Assembly: GCA_963752285.1 (NCBI GenBank)
Contig: CAVVXN010000002.1
Location: forward strand, 256,001 to 320,000
Direction of reading: 5' to 3'
Length of the DNA: 64,000 nt
Source of the DNA: an uncultured Planctomycetota bacterium
GTDB lineage: Bacteria; Planctomycetota; PLA2; JAEUHO01
Made by a program: the position numbers and the translations under genes
Shown: in pieces, positions 9,995 to 20,331 of the stretch
Position numbering within the stretch: the stretch's first letter is position 1
Layout of the letters: each line of letters begins with the position of its first letter
The notes under the pieces: model-generated
Told to the model about the DNA's origin: nothing
Seen by the model: only the letters and a program-made list of their open reading frames with translations
Databases searched by the model: none

Positions 9995-10734
9995 GGGACC
10001 CGCCCTGCGACGGGCCCGTGCTGCGCGTTCACGAAGTCCGTGACGAACGGCTCGGCCGGCCGGTGCAACAGGTCGTCCAACGGGCCCCGCTGCACGACGC
10101 GGCCGTCGCGCATCAGGACGATCTCGTCGGCCAGGAGGCCCGCCTCCGCGAGGTCGTGGGTCACGAGGACCACCGTCTTCCCGAGCCGGCGGAACAGCGC
10201 TTGGAGCTCCGACTGGAGCTCGGCGCGGATCATCACGTCGAGCGCGCCGAGCGGCTCGTCGAGGAGGAGGACGTCCGGGTCGAGCACGAGCGCGCGCATG
10301 AGGCTCACGCGCTGGCGCTCGCCGCCCGACAGCTGGTCCGGGTACCGCGCGAGACGGTCGGCGGGGAGGCGCGCCGTCTCGGCGAGCGCCGCCACGCGCG
10401 CCGCGATCTCGTGCTCGCCGAGGCCCGCCTCGCGCGCGCCGAGGGACACGTTGCCGCGGGCGGTCAGGTGGGGGAACAGCCCGCCCGACTGGATCACGTA
10501 GCCGGTCCGACGCCGGACCGCGCGAACGTCGAGCGTAGAGAGCGGCGCCCCGCCGAACCGGACGGTGCCCTCGTCCGGCGCCGTGAGCCCGAGGAACAGG
10601 CGGAGCGTCGTGGACTTGCCGCAACCGCTCGGCCCGAGGAGCACGGTCACGCGGCCGGCGGCGGCCAGGAGGCTCGCGTCCGCGAGGGCCGTTCGATCGC
10701 CGAAGCGCTTCGTCACGTGGTCGAGGGCGAGCAT
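9991..10734 (-). CDS. Osmoprotectant ABC transporter ATP-binding subunit
   Basis: GPSGCGKS, GYVIQSGGLFPH, LSGGERQR, LLLDEP and VTHD. Confidence 0.92.
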   Translation of the reverse strand: MLALDHVTKRFGDRTALADASLLAAAGRVTVLLGPSGCGKSTTLRLFLGLTAPDEGTVRFGGAPLSTLDVRAVRRRTGYVIQSGGLFPHLTARGNVSLGAREAGLGEHEIAARVAALAETARLPADRLARYPDQLSGGERQRVSLMRALVLDPDVLLLDEPLGALDVMIRAELQSELQALFRRLGKTVVLVTHDLAEAGLLADEIVLMRDGRVVQRGPLDDLLHRPAEPFVTDFVNAQHGPVAGRVP

Positions 10735-10740
10735 CGCTCC

Positions 10741-11526
10741 TCAGCGTGCGAGGTGCGTGGAGAGGAACGTCGTCACCGCCGCCACGGCCTGCTCGAGGTG
10801 CGGCGTGGGGCCCTCGAACGGGTGGACCGCGCCGAACGTGTGGCCCGCGCCCTCGACGCGGAGGGTGGTCGCGTGCGAGGCCCAGGAGGCGAGTCTCTCC
10901 TGGTGCGAGATCGGGACGCTCCCGTCCGCCGTGCCGTGCACGAGGAGGAGCGGACGGTCCACCGACCGCGCGGCGGCCTCGATCGAGTAGCGCCGCGCGT
11001 CGTCGAACGCGCTCCGGGCGATCGGCATCGTCTGGCCCGTACGTGCGTTCTTCACCGGGTACACGCCCTCGCGGCGGAGCACGGCCTCGAGATCGACCGG
11101 CTCGAGGTCCGTCGTGGACGCGACCGACGCGAGCGTCGCGACGCATCGTACGCGCGGGGTCCGCGCGGCCAGGAGGAGCGCGTCTCCGCCGCCCCGGCTG
11201 TGGCCCACCAGGCCGATCGGGCCGTCGAGTCGGGAGAGGACGGCGTCGAGGTCGTCCTGGTGGCGCGTCCAGGTGTCGAGGCAGAAGAGGTCGAGCCGGT
11301 CGAACCCTCCGCGCGCGCCGCCCGCCTCGCCGACCCCGTTGTGGGAGAAGTCGAGTCGAACGGCCCGCAGTCCCGAGGCGGCGATGCGCTCCGAGATCCA
11401 CGGGAACATGCCCCAGTCCCGGAAGCCCTTGAACCCGTGCAGGACGAGCACGGCGGGCGCGTGCGCGGGGCCCACGACGTCCGCGCGCACCGGGCTTCCG
11501 TCGGAGCCGGGAACCTCTAACCGCAT
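10741..11526 (-). CDS. Alpha/beta hydrolase
   Basis: [10 protein letters not shown], nucleophile motif [15 protein letters not shown] and GAGHTF. Confidence 0.88.
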   Translation of the reverse strand: MRLEVPGSDGSPVRADVVGPAHAPAVLVLHGFKGFRDWGMFPWISERIAASGLRAVRLDFSHNGVGEAGGARGGFDRLDLFCLDTWTRHQDDLDAVLSRLDGPIGLVGHSRGGGDALLLAARTPRVRCVATLASVASTTDLEPVDLEAVLRREGVYPVKNARTGQTMPIARSAFDDARRYSIEAAARSVDRPLLLVHGTADGSVPISHQERLASWASHATTLRVEGAGHTFGAVHPFEGPTPHLEQAVAAVTTFLSTHLAR

Positions 11527-11606
11527 CGGAGGAGCATACGATAGATTGTCCGACCCCGGGACGCCGGAAGGCTGGCGGCGGGGAGTCACGGGAGGAGACG
11601 AGTCCC

Positions 11607-12656
<1,050 letters not shown>

Positions 12657-12667
12657 AGGGAGCCGGC

Positions 12668-13489
12668 TTGCGGCTCGGTCTCGCCTGGACGTTCGCCCTC
12701 GCCGCGGCGCTCGGGTTGCTCGGCGCGAATCTGGCCGCGGCGCTCCACGCGGCGGTCGCCGTGCCGGGCGGCCTTCGGCCGGCCGCGCGCGCGGCCCGCT
12801 CCGACGACACGGCCCGCGCGGCGCTCGCCCGTGAGCTCGCGTTACGGCTGCTCGGCGGGGAGGCCGGGGCGGACGACGCACCGGGGCCGGAAGTGGCCGC
12901 AGAGCTCACCGTCCTCCTCTCGACGCCGCCCTTCCAGGACTTCCTCGACGCCGCCGCGGAGACCGCGCGGCGGGACCTCGCGGGCTCCCGGCCCGAGGCG
13001 GTCCGGATCGACGCGACGGCGGCCCGGGACGCGCTCCTCGCCGGGGCCCGCGCGGCCGGGCGGGACGCGATCGCGTCGCGGCTCGCCGCGACGCCCACGC
13101 CGGTGACGGTCGTCCTGGCGCACGCGGGGCAGGTACCGGTGCTCGGCTCGTGGACGGGCGCGCTGGGCCTCCTCGCGGCGTTCGGGCTGGGCGCGGGCGT
13201 GCTCCTGGCCCTCGCGGGCGTTCGCCTGGCGCCGGGGGGCGCGGTCCGGCTCGCGCTCGCAGTCGGGGCGCTCGGCCTCCTCCTCGGCGTGGCGCTCGTG
13301 GCGCTCCCGCGCGGGCGGCTCTCGCTCGGCACCGTGCCGGTCGAGGTCACCGACGTCGCGCTCCGCGCGCTCGCGCGACCCGTGGCGGTCCGCAGCGCGG
13401 CCATCGGGGCGGCGGCGCTCCTGCTCCTCCTCTTCCGGCGTCGCGTGGTGACGAAGGAGACGGCCGCTCCGCGGCCGGGTACGACCTGA
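12668..13489 (+). CDS. Hypothetical membrane protein
   Basis: Fills the gap between fbaB and the GT2 gene. One N-terminal and three C-terminal hydrophobic segments. TTG start after GAAGGGA. Confidence 0.6.
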   Translation: MRLGLAWTFALAAALGLLGANLAAALHAAVAVPGGLRPAARAARSDDTARAALARELALRLLGGEAGADDAPGPEVAAELTVLLSTPPFQDFLDAAAETARRDLAGSRPEAVRIDATAARDALLAGARAAGRDAIASRLAATPTPVTVVLAHAGQVPVLGSWTGALGLLAAFGLGAGVLLALAGVRLAPGGAVRLALAVGALGLLLGVALVALPRGRLSLGTVPVEVTDVALRALARPVAVRSAAIGAAALLLLLFRRRVVTKETAAPRPGTT

Positions 13490-13491
13490 GC

Positions 13492-14346
13492 ATGCCCCAC
13501 GCCCGCGTGCACGTCGCGACGTACGAGCAGCTCCCGCACCTGAGGCGGGCGCTCCGTGGATTCCTCCGCCAGACGACCAACGACTTCACGCTGGTGTGCG
13601 CCGACGACGGGTCGGGCGAGGAGACCCGTCGGTTCCTCGATGCGTTCGCAGAGCAAGCGCGCGCGCGGGGCGTCGCCTTCGAGCACTGCTGGCACGAGGA
13701 CCGGGGCTTCCGCCGCGCAGGGATCCTGAACGCGGCCGTACGGGGCGCGACGGACGAGACGCTCTACCTCTTCAGCGACGGGGACTGCATCCCTCCGGCC
13801 ACCTTCGTCGAGCGGCACATCGAGGCGCACGCGCCGCTCTCCTTCCACGTGGGCGGCGCGATCCGCCTGTCGGAGGAGGTCACGGCCGCGCTCACCGTGG
13901 CGGACGTGGACTCGGGACGCTACGAGGCGCTGGCGACGCCGGCCGACCGGAAGGACCTCGCGCGCCGCGCTCGGAAGAGCCGTTGGGGGACGTGGCTCCG
14001 GCGCCGGCACCGGCCGAAGGTCCTCGGCCTGAACGTCGGGTTAGACCGCGCGCTCTTCGAGGACCTGAACGGGTTCGACGAGCGCTTCGAGGGCTACGGC
14101 TACGAGGACTCCGACCTGAGGGACCGCGCGATGCGCCACCGGCCGCGGCCGGTGGTTCGCGTCCTGTACGGGCGAAACGACGTGGTGCACCTGTGGCATC
14201 CGCGCGCGCCCGGAGGCCGGGCGCCGAACCGCGCGCTCTACGACTCGGATCGTCCCGTGCGGTGCGTGCGCGGGCTCGTCCAGGACGTCGCCCCGGACGC
14301 GACCGCGCCCCGGGTCAGCGATCCTCGTCCGCCGCGACCGGCATGA
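13492..14346 (+). CDS. Glycosyltransferase family 2 with a GT7C-like C-terminus
   Basis: ADDGSG, WHEDRGFRRAGILN, FSDGDC, NGFDERFEGYGYEDSDL and HLWH. Confidence 0.88.
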   Translation: MPHARVHVATYEQLPHLRRALRGFLRQTTNDFTLVCADDGSGEETRRFLDAFAEQARARGVAFEHCWHEDRGFRRAGILNAAVRGATDETLYLFSDGDCIPPATFVERHIEAHAPLSFHVGGAIRLSEEVTAALTVADVDSGRYEALATPADRKDLARRARKSRWGTWLRRRHRPKVLGLNVGLDRALFEDLNGFDERFEGYGYEDSDLRDRAMRHRPRPVVRVLYGRNDVVHLWHPRAPGGRAPNRALYDSDRPVRCVRGLVQDVAPDATAPRVSDPRPPRPA

Positions 14347-16342
14347 CCCCGAGGTCCTGCATGCGCACGAGGTCGGCGTACGTGCCGCCCCGCGCGATCA
14401 GCTCCTCGTGCGTGCCGTGCTCGACGATGCGCCCGAGGTCGATCACCACGATCCGGTCGGCGTGTCGGATCGTCGAGAGCCGGTGGGCGACGACGAGCGT
14501 CGTCCGCCCCGCCTGCAGCCGTTCGAGCGCCTCCTGCACGAGCTTCTCGCTCGACGTGTCGAGGTTCGACGTCGCTTCGTCGAGCACCAGGATGTCGGGG
14601 TTCCGCACGAGCGCGCGCGCGATCGTGATCCGCTGCCGCTGACCGCCCGAGAGGCGTACGCCCGACTCGCCGACCTCCTCTTCGTAGCCGGCCGGCAGCG
14701 CCGAGATGAACTCGTGGATCTGCGCCGCGCGGGCCGCGTCGGCCATCTCCTCGGCGGTCGCGTCCGGCTTGCCCTGGCGGAGGTTCTCGCGGATGGTCGT
14801 GTGGAAGAGGAAGGGTGTCTGCGTCACGACCGCCGTCCGGGCGAGGAGCGACTGGCGCTTGAACTCCCGGGCGTCGTGGCCGTCGATCGTGATGCGTCCC
14901 TGGTCGGGGTCGTAGAAGCGGAGGAGGAGGTCGCAGAGCGTGGACTTCCCGCCGCCGGAGGGGCCGACCAGGGCGACGGTCGAGCCCTTCTCGATCTCGA
15001 ACGACACGTCGCGGATCACCGGCTGCCCCGGCACGTACGAGAACGAGACGTTCTCGAAGCGGATCGTCCCCGTGAGCCCGGGGAACGCGATCGCGCCGGG
15101 CCGGTCCGGGCTGCCCGGTGGGAGTGCCAGGTACTCCGTCGTGCGCTCGACGCTCGCCATGCGGTCCTGCAGGCTCGTGAACTGCTTCACGACCCGCTTC
15201 AACGGCTGGTAGAGGTTCCCGACGAGCACGAGGAAGATCATCAGCTCGCCGCGACCCACGGGGAGGAGTCCGCTCAGGAGCAGGAAACCGCCTCCCACCG
15301 CGAGGACCATCGCGAGGAAGTTGTTGATGAAGGCCGTCAGCGCGTCGGCAGCCGAGCGCGAGCGCTGGACCTTCAGCGCGCGGCGGGTCACCTCCTCGTC
15401 CGCCGCGCGGAACTCGCGGACGCGCCGGCCCTCGGTGCCGAATGCCTTGACCGTGCGGATGCCCGAGAAGATCTGCAGCAGCACCTCGACGCGCCGCGCG
15501 CTCTCCTGCTGGCGCCGGTGCGCCCGCTTGAGCGTCCGCCGCATCAGACGAAACATCGGGAGGAAGAACGGGAGGCCGAGGAGACACCCCAGCGTGAGCT
15601 GCCAAGAGAGCATGAAGAGGAACATCAGCGTCGCCGCGACGTTCAGCACGCCCTGGATCACGCCGTCGAGAAGGAGGTTCAACGCGGTGGCGTAGCCCTC
15701 GACGTCGCCGAGAACGCGCTGGACCAGCTCGCCCCGTCGTTGGCTGTCGTAGAATCCCACGGGTTGGTCGAGGAGCTTCGCGCAGAGCGCCTCGCGCACG
15801 TCCATCAGGATGTGCAGGCGCACCTTCTCCGCGACGTAGCTCTCGCCGTAGGAGGCGGCGCACATCACCACGATGAAGAACACGAAGAGGAGGAGGACGG
15901 TCAGGAGCGTCGCGTACTGGTCGAGTCGCTGCGCCCGGATCACCCGCGCCTCCTCCGCGGTCGCGCTCTTCGGGACGGACGCCTCCAACCACGCGGCCGG
16001 GATCAGCGCGCCCGTGAGGGAGTTCGCGAAGTCGGTGAACCGCTCGAGGCCGCCGGCCAGCGAGCCCGCGCGTCGCCGGAACTCGTTGACGTACCGCCCG
16101 GCCTCGTCCGTCCCGCCCGGGGCGGGGGGCTCCTCGGCCGGGGCGGTGGGCTCTTCGGGCGCCCCGACGGAGCCCGGGAGGAACACCCGGGTGACGATCG
16201 GGTAGAGGAGAAGGAAGCGGCCCGTGTTCGCGCCGGCCTGGAACGCCATGAGGGCGACGGAGAGGGCGATGCCGGTCCAGTGGGGGCGCGCGAAGGCGAG
16301 GGCCGGGAGGAGGCCCTTCACGGTCCTCACCCCCGGCGCCAT
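14315..16342 (-). CDS. ABC exporter with fused TMD-NBD (MsbA-like)
   Basis: Six-TM domain plus GPSGGGKST, LSGGQRQR, LDEATS and AHRLST. LPS gene context. Confidence 0.88.
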   Translation of the reverse strand: MAPGVRTVKGLLPALAFARPHWTGIALSVALMAFQAGANTGRFLLLYPIVTRVFLPGSVGAPEEPTAPAEEPPAPGGTDEAGRYVNEFRRRAGSLAGGLERFTDFANSLTGALIPAAWLEASVPKSATAEEARVIRAQRLDQYATLLTVLLLFVFFIVVMCAASYGESYVAEKVRLHILMDVREALCAKLLDQPVGFYDSQRRGELVQRVLGDVEGYATALNLLLDGVIQGVLNVAATLMFLFMLSWQLTLGCLLGLPFFLPMFRLMRRTLKRAHRRQQESARRVEVLLQIFSGIRTVKAFGTEGRRVREFRAADEEVTRRALKVQRSRSAADALTAFINNFLAMVLAVGGGFLLLSGLLPVGRGELMIFLVLVGNLYQPLKRVVKQFTSLQDRMASVERTTEYLALPPGSPDRPGAIAFPGLTGTIRFENVSFSYVPGQPVIRDVSFEIEKGSTVALVGPSGGGKSTLCDLLLRFYDPDQGRITIDGHDAREFKRQSLLARTAVVTQTPFLFHTTIRENLRQGKPDATAEEMADAARAAQIHEFISALPAGYEEEVGESGVRLSGGQRQRITIARALVRNPDILVLDEATSNLDTSSEKLVQEALERLQAGRTTLVVAHRLSTIRHADRIVVIDLGRIVEHGTHEELIARGGTYADLVRMQDLGVMPVAADEDR

Positions 16343-16460
16343 CTTGCCTTCCCGAGGGTCTCTGCCTCCCACGAAGCCTCCGTCCGGCCCGGGCCTGCCC
16401 GCCGGCGCATGAGTGTAGGCAAGACGCCCGGGATCCCCCCCTTTGGACCCTCGCGTCGAG

Positions 16461-16489
16461 TTGATTCCGGGCCGATTCGGGGGTATCCC
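16461..16489 (+). promoter_or_regulatory. Possible sigma-70-type promoter for the EF-G paralogue
   Basis: TTGATT-17 nt-TATCCC upstream of SD GGAGGAG and ATG 16524. Confidence 0.35.
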
Positions 16490-16523
16490 TCGGCCTCTTT
16501 GCCCCCCGCATGCGGAGGAGTCC

Positions 16524-18554
16524 ATGTCGCATCGTTCCGAGGATGTTCGCACCGCCGCGTTCGTCGGCGCGGGGGGCTCCGGGAAGACGACTCTGGTCGA
16601 GGCGCTGCTCTCCGAGACGAACGCGACGAGCCGACGCGGCACGATCGCCGAGCGGAACACGGTCTCCGACTGGGACGAGGACGAGAAGGAGCGCCAGCAG
16701 AGCATCCTCGCGTCCGCCGTGCACCTCGCCTGGGAGGGGAAGCGGATCCACCTGATCGACACGCCGGGGGCCCTGGACTTCGTGGGCGAGCCCGTCACGG
16801 CGCTGGCCGCGGTCGAGACCGCGATCTTCTGCGTGCACGCGCACGACGGGGTCGGCGTGACGACCCGCCGCATCTACAAGACCGCCCGGCGCGCCGGCAT
16901 CCCCTGCTGTGTCCTCGTGACCCGGATCGAGTCCGAGAACGTGGACGGGGCCGCGATCCTCGACGAGATCCAGGCGGCCTTCGGGGAGGCGGCCGTGCCG
17001 CTGAACCTGCCCGACACGTTCGGCAGCGACGTCTCGCAGGTCGTGGACGTCTTCTCGCCGGACGTGCCGGCGCACCTCGAGGCGACGGCCGCTCGGTACC
17101 GCCAGCAGGCGACCGACCGGGTCGTCGAGGTCGACGAGGCGCTGCTCGAGAAGTACCTGGAGGAGGGGCGGATCGAGCCCGCGGAGCTCGAGGCGGCGTT
17201 CCCGCGCGCGCTCCGGGCGGGCAACATCGTGCCGGTGCTCCACGTCTCCGCCGAGAAGGGCGTGGGCATGCGCAAGCTCTTGACCTTCCTCGTCCACGAC
17301 GCGCCGCGGCCCGTGCCCACCGTGCTCAGGCCCGCGAAGAACGCAGAGGGCGAGCCGGTCGCTCTCGACGCCGCCGGTCCGTTCTCGGCGCAGGTGTGGA
17401 AGATCCAGGTGGACCCGCACGTCGGCAAGGTCGCCTTTCTTCGCGTCTGGACCGGCTCCGTCGCGAGCAAGACGGGGTTCACGGTCGCGCGGACGGGTCG
17501 TCACGAGCGCATCGGCGACCTCCTCGAGATCCAGGGGAAGGAGATGAAGCCCGTCGCGGAGGCCGTGGCCGGCGACCTCGTGGCCGTCGCGAAGATCGAC
17601 GACATCCGCATCGGCGACACGGTGCGCGACGAGGCGGCCGACTGGACGTTCGACCCGATCGCCACCCCGTACCCGAAGGTCACGGTGGCCGTCGAACCGA
17701 AGAACCGCGCCGACGAGGCGAAGGTGGGGCCCGAGCTCCACAAGCTCGCCGACGCGGACCCCACGTTCGTCTTCGAGCGCGAGGAGGGCACGGGCGAGCT
17801 CGTGGTTCGCGGGATGAGCAGCCTTCACGTGGACGTGGTCCTGCGTCGCCTCGCCCGCCGCAAGGTCGAGGTGACGACGCACGCCCCGCGCGTCCCGTAC
17901 CGCGAGACCATCGGGTCGCGCGGCGAGGCGCAGTACCGCCACAAGAAGCAGACCGGCGGTCGCGGACAGTTCGCCGAGGTCCACCTCCGCGTCGCCCCCC
18001 TGCCGCGCGGTGGCGACTTCGAGTTCGTGGACGAGGTCGTCGGCGGATCGATCCCGCGGCAGTACATCCCGGCCGTCGAGAAGGGTGTGCGCGAGACCCT
18101 TCCGCGGGGCGTGGTCGCGGGCTACCCGTTCACCGACGTGCAGGTAACCGTCTTCTTCGGCAAGGCGCACGACGTGGACAGCGACGAGTTCTCGTTCAAG
18201 CTCGCCGCGAGCCAGGCGTTCAAGCAGGCGGTCCTGGACGCGAACCCCGTCCTCCTCGAGCCGATCCTCGACGTGGAGATCGAGGTGCCCTCGCGGTTCA
18301 TGGGTGACATCTCGGGCGACCTGAACAGCCGGCGCGGACGCATCCTGGGGATGAACCAGGAGGGGGACATGGCCATCATCCACGCGCACGTCCCCCTGGC
18401 GGAGATGCTCCAGTACAGCACCGAGCTCCGGAGCATCACCGCCGGCGAGGGCGACTACACGTTCCACTTCGCGGACTACGAGCAGGTGCCGCCGCACATC
18501 GCCGAGCAGGTGGTGCAGCGCTCGAAGCGCGAGCTCGCCGAGGAGCGCGCTTGA
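16524..18554 (+). CDS. Elongation factor G paralogue (EF-G2 / FusA2-like)
   Basis: GAGGSGKTT, DTPG, VPYRETI, HKKQTGGRGQFAEV, GKAHDVDS, LLEPI and GDLNSRRG. Located outside the str operon, with degenerate G motifs. Confidence 0.9.
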   Translation: MSHRSEDVRTAAFVGAGGSGKTTLVEALLSETNATSRRGTIAERNTVSDWDEDEKERQQSILASAVHLAWEGKRIHLIDTPGALDFVGEPVTALAAVETAIFCVHAHDGVGVTTRRIYKTARRAGIPCCVLVTRIESENVDGAAILDEIQAAFGEAAVPLNLPDTFGSDVSQVVDVFSPDVPAHLEATAARYRQQATDRVVEVDEALLEKYLEEGRIEPAELEAAFPRALRAGNIVPVLHVSAEKGVGMRKLLTFLVHDAPRPVPTVLRPAKNAEGEPVALDAAGPFSAQVWKIQVDPHVGKVAFLRVWTGSVASKTGFTVARTGRHERIGDLLEIQGKEMKPVAEAVAGDLVAVAKIDDIRIGDTVRDEAADWTFDPIATPYPKVTVAVEPKNRADEAKVGPELHKLADADPTFVFEREEGTGELVVRGMSSLHVDVVLRRLARRKVEVTTHAPRVPYRETIGSRGEAQYRHKKQTGGRGQFAEVHLRVAPLPRGGDFEFVDEVVGGSIPRQYIPAVEKGVRETLPRGVVAGYPFTDVQVTVFFGKAHDVDSDEFSFKLAASQAFKQAVLDANPVLLEPILDVEIEVPSRFMGDISGDLNSRRGRILGMNQEGDMAIIHAHVPLAEMLQYSTELRSITAGEGDYTFHFADYEQVPPHIAEQVVQRSKRELAEERA

Positions 18555-19891
18555 CGGACGAGATCTCCGCCGGCCGCGCCGCGCGCGCCGGCAGGGCTCT
18601 CGTCCTCGCGATCGGCCTGGTGGCGCTCCTCGCCGCGCGCTCCGGCGCGGGCGACGACGCGTCCGCGGACGTGCCGGGCGACGCGGCGCTCCGCGCGCGC
18701 GTCGTTCAGTGGCTCGACGACCTGCGGTCCGCGTCGTTCGAGACGAGGGAGACGGCGCGCGCGGGGCTCGAGCGGTACGCCCAGGCGGCCCCGGACCTCC
18801 TGGAGGCGCGGAAGGACGACCCCGACGCGGAGGTCCGCCGGACCGTTCGGACGATCCTGGAGCGGCTGCACGGCGCGGCGCCTCCCCCGCCGGCTCCGCA
18901 AGACGGCGACGTCGAGGGCGTAGGGCGCGTGACCATCTCGGCGAACGGTCCCCTCTCCGCCGTCCTCGAGCGCCTCGGCGCGCCGTACGGAGCGCGCGCG
19001 GTGGTGCCGGGCGACGCGGGCGGAACCGTCGTGGCCCTCGACCTCCACGACGTCCCCTTCTTCGAGGCGCTCGCGCAGGTCGCCGCCGTCGCGGACCTGG
19101 TCGCGCCGGGGCCCTTCGAGCCGGACGGGACGATCGCGCTCCGCGGGGCGGACGCGACACCCGCGGTCCCGAGCGCGGCGTCGGGGCCGCTCCGCGTCCG
19201 CGTCGAGGAGGTCACCTCGACGCGGACCCTCACGCGACCCGGCCGCCGGCACCACCTGGTCCTCGACCTCGACTGGATGCCCGCGGTCTCGGTGAGCGTC
19301 TGGCGCACGCCGACCGACCTCCAGGCCGTGGACCCCGACGGACGCCCCGTCCCGCCGGGCGCGGCGATGCGGAGCCGGACGTCCTGGGGCGCCGGCGTCG
19401 GGGCGACGTCGGGACGGTTCGCGATCGACCTCGACCCCGCCGCGGACGACCGGGTGGAGCGCCTCGCGCGCCTGGAGTTCGCCCTGCCCGTCCGTCTCGC
19501 CGTCGGGCGCCACGACGTCCACTTCGACCGGCCGACCGACGACCTGCCCCGCACGCTCCCCCCGGGATCGGGCCCGGACACGGAGGGCGCCGTCACCCTG
19601 CGTTCGCTCGCGCGGGCCCCCGGGAACGGGCCCTGGGTGGCGGAGGTGGGCATCCGCCTCGCCGGCGAGACCGCGGAGCGCACGCTCTCGCTCTGGCTCG
19701 ACCGGGACGACGGCACCTCCGTGCCGCTCACCGCCGGCACCCGGTTCCCCTCGGCGGACGGCTGGCTCTCGATCGTGGCCCGCGCATGGGGCCGATCGGA
19801 GGCCCTGCCGGTCCGACTGCGCGCGACCTGGCTCACGAGCGAGGTCGAGGGGAACGCCCGGTTCCGGCTGGAGGACGTGCCGCTGCGGTGA
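18551..19891 (+). CDS. Hypothetical exported protein (signal peptide, short HEAT-like segment, beta-rich remainder)
   Basis: TTGA overlap with the EF-G2 stop, a hydrophobic N-terminus, and a DDPDAEVRR HEAT-like motif. Confidence 0.65.
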   Translation: MTDEISAGRAARAGRALVLAIGLVALLAARSGAGDDASADVPGDAALRARVVQWLDDLRSASFETRETARAGLERYAQAAPDLLEARKDDPDAEVRRTVRTILERLHGAAPPPPAPQDGDVEGVGRVTISANGPLSAVLERLGAPYGARAVVPGDAGGTVVALDLHDVPFFEALAQVAAVADLVAPGPFEPDGTIALRGADATPAVPSAASGPLRVRVEEVTSTRTLTRPGRRHHLVLDLDWMPAVSVSVWRTPTDLQAVDPDGRPVPPGAAMRSRTSWGAGVGATSGRFAIDLDPAADDRVERLARLEFALPVRLAVGRHDVHFDRPTDDLPRTLPPGSGPDTEGAVTLRSLARAPGNGPWVAEVGIRLAGETAERTLSLWLDRDDGTSVPLTAGTRFPSADGWLSIVARAWGRSEALPVRLRATWLTSEVEGNARFRLEDVPLR

Positions 19892-19962
19892 CGGCCGCGC
19901 CCGCGGCCCTCCGAGCCGGCACAGGCCCTTCCCTCCTCCGGCCCGCGACGTATCCTCCCCGC

Positions 19963-20331
19963 GTGGAACGTCCCGCGCCGCCCTCTCTCGCGCCCGGACG
20001 CTCGGCGCTCCCGCGGTTCCTGCTGGTGGAGCGTCGCCTGGACGAGGAAGTCCGGGCGGCCGAGGAGGCCGCGGCCCGCGCGATCGAGGCCGCCGAGGTC
20101 GAGGCGAGGCGCGTCCGAAGCGAGGGCGAGGCGCGCCTCAAGGCCGTCGTGCTCGACGCGGAGACCCAGGCGCGGCGCGAGGTCGAGGCCCGTGCGCGCG
20201 ACCGCGTCAGCGACGCGCGCGTCCGCGTCGGCCGCTGGGTCGAGTCCGCCGAGGCGGCGAGCGCGGACGCCGTGGAGCGGGCGCTCGAGCTCCTCACCTC
20301 GGACCCGATCGAGGAGGGGGGCGGGGGGTGA
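19963..20331 (+). CDS. V/A-type ATPase peripheral-stalk subunit G(H)-like coiled-coil protein
   Basis: 122 aa Ala/Glu/Arg-rich helix (EEVRAAEEAAARAIEAAEVEARR). Its stop overlaps the start of the subunit I-like gene. TATCCT lies 6 nt before the GTG. Confidence 0.65.
   Translation: MERPAPPSLAPGRSALPRFLLVERRLDEEVRAAEEAAARAIEAAEVEARRVRSEGEARLKAVVLDAETQARREVEARARDRVSDARVRVGRWVESAEAASADAVERALELLTSDPIEEGGGG

Noticed and set aside
14315..14346. 32-bp convergent overlap between the GT2 and MsbA-like genes
   Set aside because: Short 3' overlaps of low-complexity tails are common in compact GC-rich genomes.
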